In this document: positions 59,504 through 64,000 of the stretch, one piece after another | Numbering within the stretch: the stretch's first letter is position 1 | Layout of the letters: every line of letters begins with the position of its first letter | DNA from: Ignavibacteriales bacterium | GTDB taxonomy: Bacteria > Bacteroidota > Ignavibacteria > UBA10030 | DNA length: 64,000 nt | Direction: 5' to 3' | Assembly (NCBI GenBank): GCA_037446575.1 | Contig: JBBIII010000004.1 | Span: 9,583 to 73,582 of the forward strand | The notes under the pieces: generated by a model | Told to the model about the DNA's origin: nothing | What the model saw: only the letters and a program-made list of their open reading frames with translations | Databases searched by the model: none | Translations under genes and position numbers: made by a program

Positions 59504-60766
59504 ATGGCTTTTGATGGAAAAAAAAGGCGGGTTGTTGTAACCGGGATGGGTGTAATTACACCTGTTGGCAACAGTGTTCAGGAATATTGGCAGGCGCTAT
59601 TAAATGGAAAGAGCGGCGCCGCGCCTATTACTTACTTCGATACGAGTAAACATGAAACCAAATTTGCTTGCGAGGTAAAAGGTTTTGATCCATTAAATTA
59701 TATGGATAGAAAGATTGCGCAACGCGCCGATCTTTTTACTTTATATGGAATTGCCGCATGCAAAGAAGCGATTAAAGATTCCGGATTGAATTTGGAAGTA
59801 GAAGATCGCGAACGTATCGGCGTTATTTACGGATCGGGAATCGGCGGCATGTGGACATACCATAAGCAATTTATGAATTTTATTGAAGCCGGCGGGCCAA
59901 GAATGATAAGCCCATTTTTTATACCGATGTTAATTCCGGATATAGCCGCCGGACGTATTTCAATGATGTACGGTTTAAAAGGTCCTAACTACGCTACCGT
60001 TTCAGCTTGTGCTACTTCTTCTCATGCTATAGGCGTTGCCTGTATGCACATTCAATTAGGAAATGCAGATGTAATGGTTACGGGCGGAGGCGAAGCCAGT
60101 ATTTGTCCGATGGGTGTAGGAGGATTTAATGCGCTTAAAGCGATTTCGACACGTAACGACGCTCCGGAAAAAGCAAGCCGTCCTTTTGATAAAGATAGAG
60201 ATGGTTTTGTGATGGGTGAAGGCGGTGGTATAATTGTACTAGAAGAACTTGAGCATGCAATCAAACGTGGAGCCAAGATATACGCAGAACTTGCCGGTGT
60301 TGGTTTTACGGGTGATGCACACCATATAACCGAACCGGCTCCAGGCGGCGAAGGAGCAGTGCGATCTATGCGGATTGCAATACAGAATGCAGGTTTATCT
60401 CCAAATGATGTTGATCATGTAAATACTCATGGAACGTCTACGCCAGTAGGTGATCCGAGCGAAACAACAGCTATCAAAACTGTCTTTGGAGAAAGAGCGT
60501 ATAAGCTTGCTGTTAATTCTACAAAATCAATCGTTGGTCATTTGCTCGGCGCAGCCGGCGTTGTTGAAGCCGTTGCAACAATTATGGAAATTCAAACAAA
60601 CAAGGTGCATCCAACAATAAATTTAGACAACCCAGACCCTGCGTGCGACTTAAACTATATACCGCATAAAGCACAGGATTGGAATGTAGATATAGCAATC
60701 AGTAATACGTTCGGTTTTGGCGGTCATAATGCAACTCTTCTCTTTAAAAAAATCCAAGAGAGATGA
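59504..60766 (+). CDS. fabF: 3-oxoacyl-ACP synthase II
   Basis: KAS II active-site 'ACATSSHAIG', plus …HGTSTPVGD… and …GHLLGAAG…. Confidence 0.9.
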   Translation: MAFDGKKRRVVVTGMGVITPVGNSVQEYWQALLNGKSGAAPITYFDTSKHETKFACEVKGFDPLNYMDRKIAQRADLFTLYGIAACKEAIKDSGLNLEVEDRERIGVIYGSGIGGMWTYHKQFMNFIEAGGPRMISPFFIPMLIPDIAAGRISMMYGLKGPNYATVSACATSSHAIGVACMHIQLGNADVMVTGGGEASICPMGVGGFNALKAISTRNDAPEKASRPFDKDRDGFVMGEGGGIIVLEELEHAIKRGAKIYAELAGVGFTGDAHHITEPAPGGEGAVRSMRIAIQNAGLSPNDVDHVNTHGTSTPVGDPSETTAIKTVFGERAYKLAVNSTKSIVGHLLGAAGVVEAVATIMEIQTNKVHPTINLDNPDPACDLNYIPHKAQDWNVDIAISNTFGFGGHNATLLFKKIQER

Positions 60767-60796
60767 TTCCAAATCCAGTAATGGATTAAAAACATT

Positions 60797-61639
60797 GTGT
60801 TGAACAACTTATTTTATCGGCTTTTGTGCCGAATTATTCCGAAAAGTATTTTTTGTGTTTCAAGGGACAAAAAAAACAAATCCTTGATAGAAAAACTTCG
60901 TTCAAACGGTTTTAATTTCACGAAGTTCGAACAAGCTATTCAATACCGCCCGCACAATTGGAAATTCTTTTTGCAGGCATTATTACACCGGTCATACCTG
61001 CAATTTTTAGATGATGAATGGAATTCCAACGAGCGTCTTGAATTCTTAGGGGATGCAATTCTAAACTTGGTTGTCGCTGAATACTTATATAAAACCTATC
61101 CAGAAGTAAAAGAAGGAAGTCTGACAAAAATGCGCTCGCGTTTAGTCAATAGAAAATTTTTAGCGCAACGTGCAAAAGAAATGAATTTGTCGAAATTTTT
61201 ATTGTTAAGCACGAGCGCTGCGCAATCTATTGGAAGCGGTTCAGAATCTATAACTGCAGACGCATTCGAATCGGTAATCGGGGCGCTATATTTAGATGGC
61301 GGTTATAAAGCCGCGAAGAAATTTATCTGTAATAATCTGCTAAATGATCCTAATGTTTTTAATTATGCTTTAACAGATGATAATTATAAAAGCGCATTAC
61401 TTGAATATTCGCAAGCTCTCTCGCTTGGAATACCACGCTATTCCGTTTTACGCGAAGATGGTCCTGAGCATAATAGGCGTTTTACTATAGAAGTATATGT
61501 CGGCGAACAATTGTATGGAGTCGGTTCGGGAAAAAGCAAAAAAGACGCCGAGCAATCTGCGGCGGCGAATGCTTTAGATCAATTAAAAAATTATACTACA
61601 ATTGATAATAGAAATGGTTATGCAATACAAGACAAATGA
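60797..61639 (+). CDS. rnc: Ribonuclease III
   Basis: 'ERLEFLGDAILNLVVAEYLY' RNase III signature and a C-terminal dsRBD (…GSGKSKKDAEQSAAANAL…). It carries an N-terminal ~35-aa extension, or its real start lies later. Confidence 0.85.
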   Translation: MLNNLFYRLLCRIIPKSIFCVSRDKKNKSLIEKLRSNGFNFTKFEQAIQYRPHNWKFFLQALLHRSYLQFLDDEWNSNERLEFLGDAILNLVVAEYLYKTYPEVKEGSLTKMRSRLVNRKFLAQRAKEMNLSKFLLLSTSAAQSIGSGSESITADAFESVIGALYLDGGYKAAKKFICNNLLNDPNVFNYALTDDNYKSALLEYSQALSLGIPRYSVLREDGPEHNRRFTIEVYVGEQLYGVGSGKSKKDAEQSAAANALDQLKNYTTIDNRNGYAIQDK

Positions 61640-64000
61640 ATACTTAGCAAGACATTTAGGCCCGCGCCTGCGTGAAATTCCAGACATGTTGAATGCAATC
61701 GGTGCGCATTCAATTGATGAACTAATTGACCAGACGGTCCTGAATAATATCCGCACAAAGCGGATGATGCAACTTCCAGCTCCTATAACTGAATTCGAGA
61801 TGCAAAAAATTTTAGATGAAATTGCCGGCAATAATATTCTGTTAAAATCTTACCTTGGGCAAGGTTATTATAATTGTATCACGCCAAGCGTTATTCAAAG
61901 AAATATTTTTGAAAACCCCGGTTGGTACACGCAATATACTCCATATCAAGCGGAAATTTCTCAAGGCCGCCTCGAAGCATTAATCAATTTCCAAACTATG
62001 GTTGCCGATATGACAGGTTTGCCGGTTGTCAACGCCTCGTTATTAGACGAAGGTACCGCCGCGGCGGAAGCAATGAGTATGGCTTACGGTATTGCAAATA
62101 AAGCTCCAAATTCTTCCGCGAATAAATTTTTTGTTTCAGCAAGATGCTTTCGCCAGACAATTGATGTTATACTTACACGCGCCGCTCCATTAAACATCGA
62201 AGTCGTTGTAGGGAATGTTGATACAATAGAACTAAATAAATCTTACTTTGGCGCGCTTATTCAATATCCGGGTGAAGATGGAGTAGTAATTGATCCGCAA
62301 ACTTTTATTAAAAAAGTTCATAATGTCGGTGCTATTGCAATAGTTGCTACAGATTTACTCGCGCTTGCACTTATAACGCCTCCGGGAGATTTCGGAGCTG
62401 ATATAGCTATTGGAAATTCCCAGCGCTTTGGCGTTCCACTCGGCTATGGTGGTCCGCATGCGGCGTTCTTTGCAACTAAAAATGAATTCATACGCTCGAT
62501 GCCCGGAAGAATTATTGGAGTATCCGTTGACGCGCAAGGCAACACAGCTTATAGAATGACACTTCAAACACGCGAACAACACATACGCCGCGAGAAAGCT
62601 ACTTCTAATATTTGTACTGCGCAAGCTTTACTTGCAATTATGGCTGGCATGTACGCTGTCTATCACGGACCAGAGGGAATAAAAAATATTGCTTCCCGCG
62701 TTCATCGCCTGACTAAATTGTTAGATGGTGAACTGATGAAGCTCGGTTATTCACAACTCAATGAAATTTATTTTGACACTTTACGACTTGAATTAAAAGA
62801 TAAAAAAGAAACACAGCAAATTATTAAACTTGCAATAGAAGCTGGTTATAATCTAAGGTTCGTTGAAGATAAATTCATATACATTTCTTTAGATGAAACG
62901 ACAGAAATTGCAGATGTTGAGGCAATAGTTAACGTGTTCGCTAAAGTAAAAGGGAGCAAAGAAAAAGTTAATTCGCTCGAACCGCAATTCAGGTTAGCGA
63001 CAGTTTCATTCCCATCTCCATTTCAAAGAGCAAGCGCCTTCTTGAAACATCCGGTTTTTAATTCATATCATTCCGAAACCGCAATGATGCGATATTTAAA
63101 AAGCTTGGAGAATAAAGACTTATCTCTTACAGGTTCTATGATTCCGCTTGGCTCGTGTACAATGAAACTAAACCCAGCAACGGCAATGATGCCGATTTCT
63201 TGGCAAAAGTTTTCCGCAATTCATCCATTCGTTCCTATTGAGCAGGCAAAAGGTTATCAAATAATTTTTAAAGAATTAGAAGATGCGCTGTGCCAAATAA
63301 CCGGATTTGCGGCGGCGTCGCTTCAACCGAATTCCGGCGCACAAGGAGAATTTGCAGGATTACTTGTAATCCGCGCGTATCATCAAGATCATACACAAGC
63401 TCAGCGAAATGTTGTGCTTATTCCATCCTCCGCTCACGGCACAAATCCGGCAAGCGCAGTTATGGCTGGAATGAAAGTAGTTGTAGTAGCGTGTGATCTG
63501 CAAGGTAATATTAGCATAGAAGACTTGCGTTCGAAAGCAGAACAAAACAAAGAAAATCTTGCCGCGTTAATGGTTACTTATCCATCAACTCATGGCGTAT
63601 TTGAAGAAGACATAAAAGAAATTTGCGACATAATTCATCAAAATGGCGGCTTAGTTTATATGGATGGCGCAAACTTGAATGCGCAAGTCGGACTTACGAC
63701 TCCGGCAGAAATTGGCGCCGATGTCTGTCACATCAATTTACATAAAACATTTGCTATACCGCATGGCGGAGGCGGACCTGGTATGGGACCAATTTGCGTA
63801 GCGAAACATCTATCGCCTTATTTACCTGGCAATCCGATAATAAAAGTTGGAGGCGAAAAGGCAATCCATGCAGTTTCATCAGCTCCTTGGGGAAGCGCAA
63901 ATATTTTGCTCATTTCTTATGCCTACATTAAAATGTTAGGCGCAGATGGATTAACCGATGTTACTAAAATGGCAATCTTAAATGCCAATTATTTAAAATC
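61620..64000 (+). CDS. gcvP: Glycine dehydrogenase (decarboxylating) GcvP; partial, continues past the window end
   Basis: '…ENPGWYTQYTPYQAEISQGRLEALINFQTMVADMTGLPVVNASLLDEGTAAAEAM…' matches the GcvP N-terminal domain. The frame is open from 61614 or 61620 to position 64000. The start overlaps the rnc stop. Confidence 0.85.
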   Translation, partial: MQYKTNEYLARHLGPRLREIPDMLNAIGAHSIDELIDQTVLNNIRTKRMMQLPAPITEFEMQKILDEIAGNNILLKSYLGQGYYNCITPSVIQRNIFENPGWYTQYTPYQAEISQGRLEALINFQTMVADMTGLPVVNASLLDEGTAAAEAMSMAYGIANKAPNSSANKFFVSARCFRQTIDVILTRAAPLNIEVVVGNVDTIELNKSYFGALIQYPGEDGVVIDPQTFIKKVHNVGAIAIVATDLLALALITPPGDFGADIAIGNSQRFGVPLGYGGPHAAFFATKNEFIRSMPGRIIGVSVDAQGNTAYRMTLQTREQHIRREKATSNICTAQALLAIMAGMYAVYHGPEGIKNIASRVHRLTKLLDGELMKLGYSQLNEIYFDTLRLELKDKKETQQIIKLAIEAGYNLRFVEDKFIYISLDETTEIADVEAIVNVFAKVKGSKEKVNSLEPQFRLATVSFPSPFQRASAFLKHPVFNSYHSETAMMRYLKSLENKDLSLTGSMIPLGSCTMKLNPATAMMPISWQKFSAIHPFVPIEQAKGYQIIFKELEDALCQITGFAAASLQPNSGAQGEFAGLLVIRAYHQDHTQAQRNVVLIPSSAHGTNPASAVMAGMKVVVVACDLQGNISIEDLRSKAEQNKENLAALMVTYPSTHGVFEEDIKEICDIIHQNGGLVYMDGANLNAQVGLTTPAEIGADVCHINLHKTFAIPHGGGGPGMGPICVAKHLSPYLPGNPIIKVGGEKAIHAVSSAPWGSANILLISYAYIKMLGADGLTDVTKMAILNANYLK

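Noticed and set aside
1-64000. CRISPR arrays, IS elements or prophage remnants
   Set aside because: No short regularly spaced direct repeats, no transposase, integrase or phage structural genes. The only repeated sequence found is the two-copy ~104-nt element at 33.04 and 39.32 kb.

Overview
This 64 kb window is a low-GC (~36%) bacterial chromosome segment, gene-dense on both strands and mostly core metabolism. A protein with a T9SS-type C-terminal sorting domain and the general gene content suggest an FCB-group organism (Ignavibacteria/Chlorobi/Bacteroidota-like); this is inference only.

Syntenic blocks I can support from the translations:
- A complete histidine operon on the minus strand, 12436→5099: yerC-like–hisG–D–C–B–H–A–F–IE.
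- etfB–etfA followed by a bifunctional-nuclease/UVR gene.
- A deoxyhypusine-synthase-like gene plus a PLP decarboxylase (polyamine pair), then nfo.
- A periplasmic binding-protein-like gene plus a 1120-aa hybrid PAS histidine kinase.
- A cell-wall hydrolase cluster (M23 peptidase, NlpC/P60), a GroES-like gene and tRNA-Pro(GGG).
- A TetR regulator, a LuxR-type response regulator and a 1217-aa TPR protein.
- obgE, a PBP1A, an LpxH-like gene, fni–polyprenyl synthase–ptsH–ptsI, a PGI/PMI, crp, ribH.
- The conserved yceD–rpmF–plsX–fabH–fabD–fabG–acpP–fabF–rnc cluster, then a partial gcvP.

The most unusual locus is at 1.1–4.6 kb. It is a three-gene cassette: an ATPase-dead RecA-fold (ImuA/SulA-like) protein, an overlapping 84-aa ORF with its own Shine-Dalgarno, and a Pol II-like family-B DNA polymerase. 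In the polymerase I cannot find the exonuclease DxE or FD motifs, and motif C appears degenerate. This resembles a mutasome (imuA–imuB–dnaE2) with a B-family polymerase substituted.

Other points worth a second look:
- A ~100-nt element present in two copies at 33.04 kb and 39.32 kb, with a 15-nt perfectly conserved core; one copy sits upstream of obgE and the other upstream of an ORF-free terminated stretch, a candidate sRNA.
- A 458-bp ORF-free AT-rich region at 28.4–28.9 kb.
- A 16-bp inverted repeat bracketing ~115 nt between acpP and fabF.

I saw no CRISPR array, transposase or integrase.
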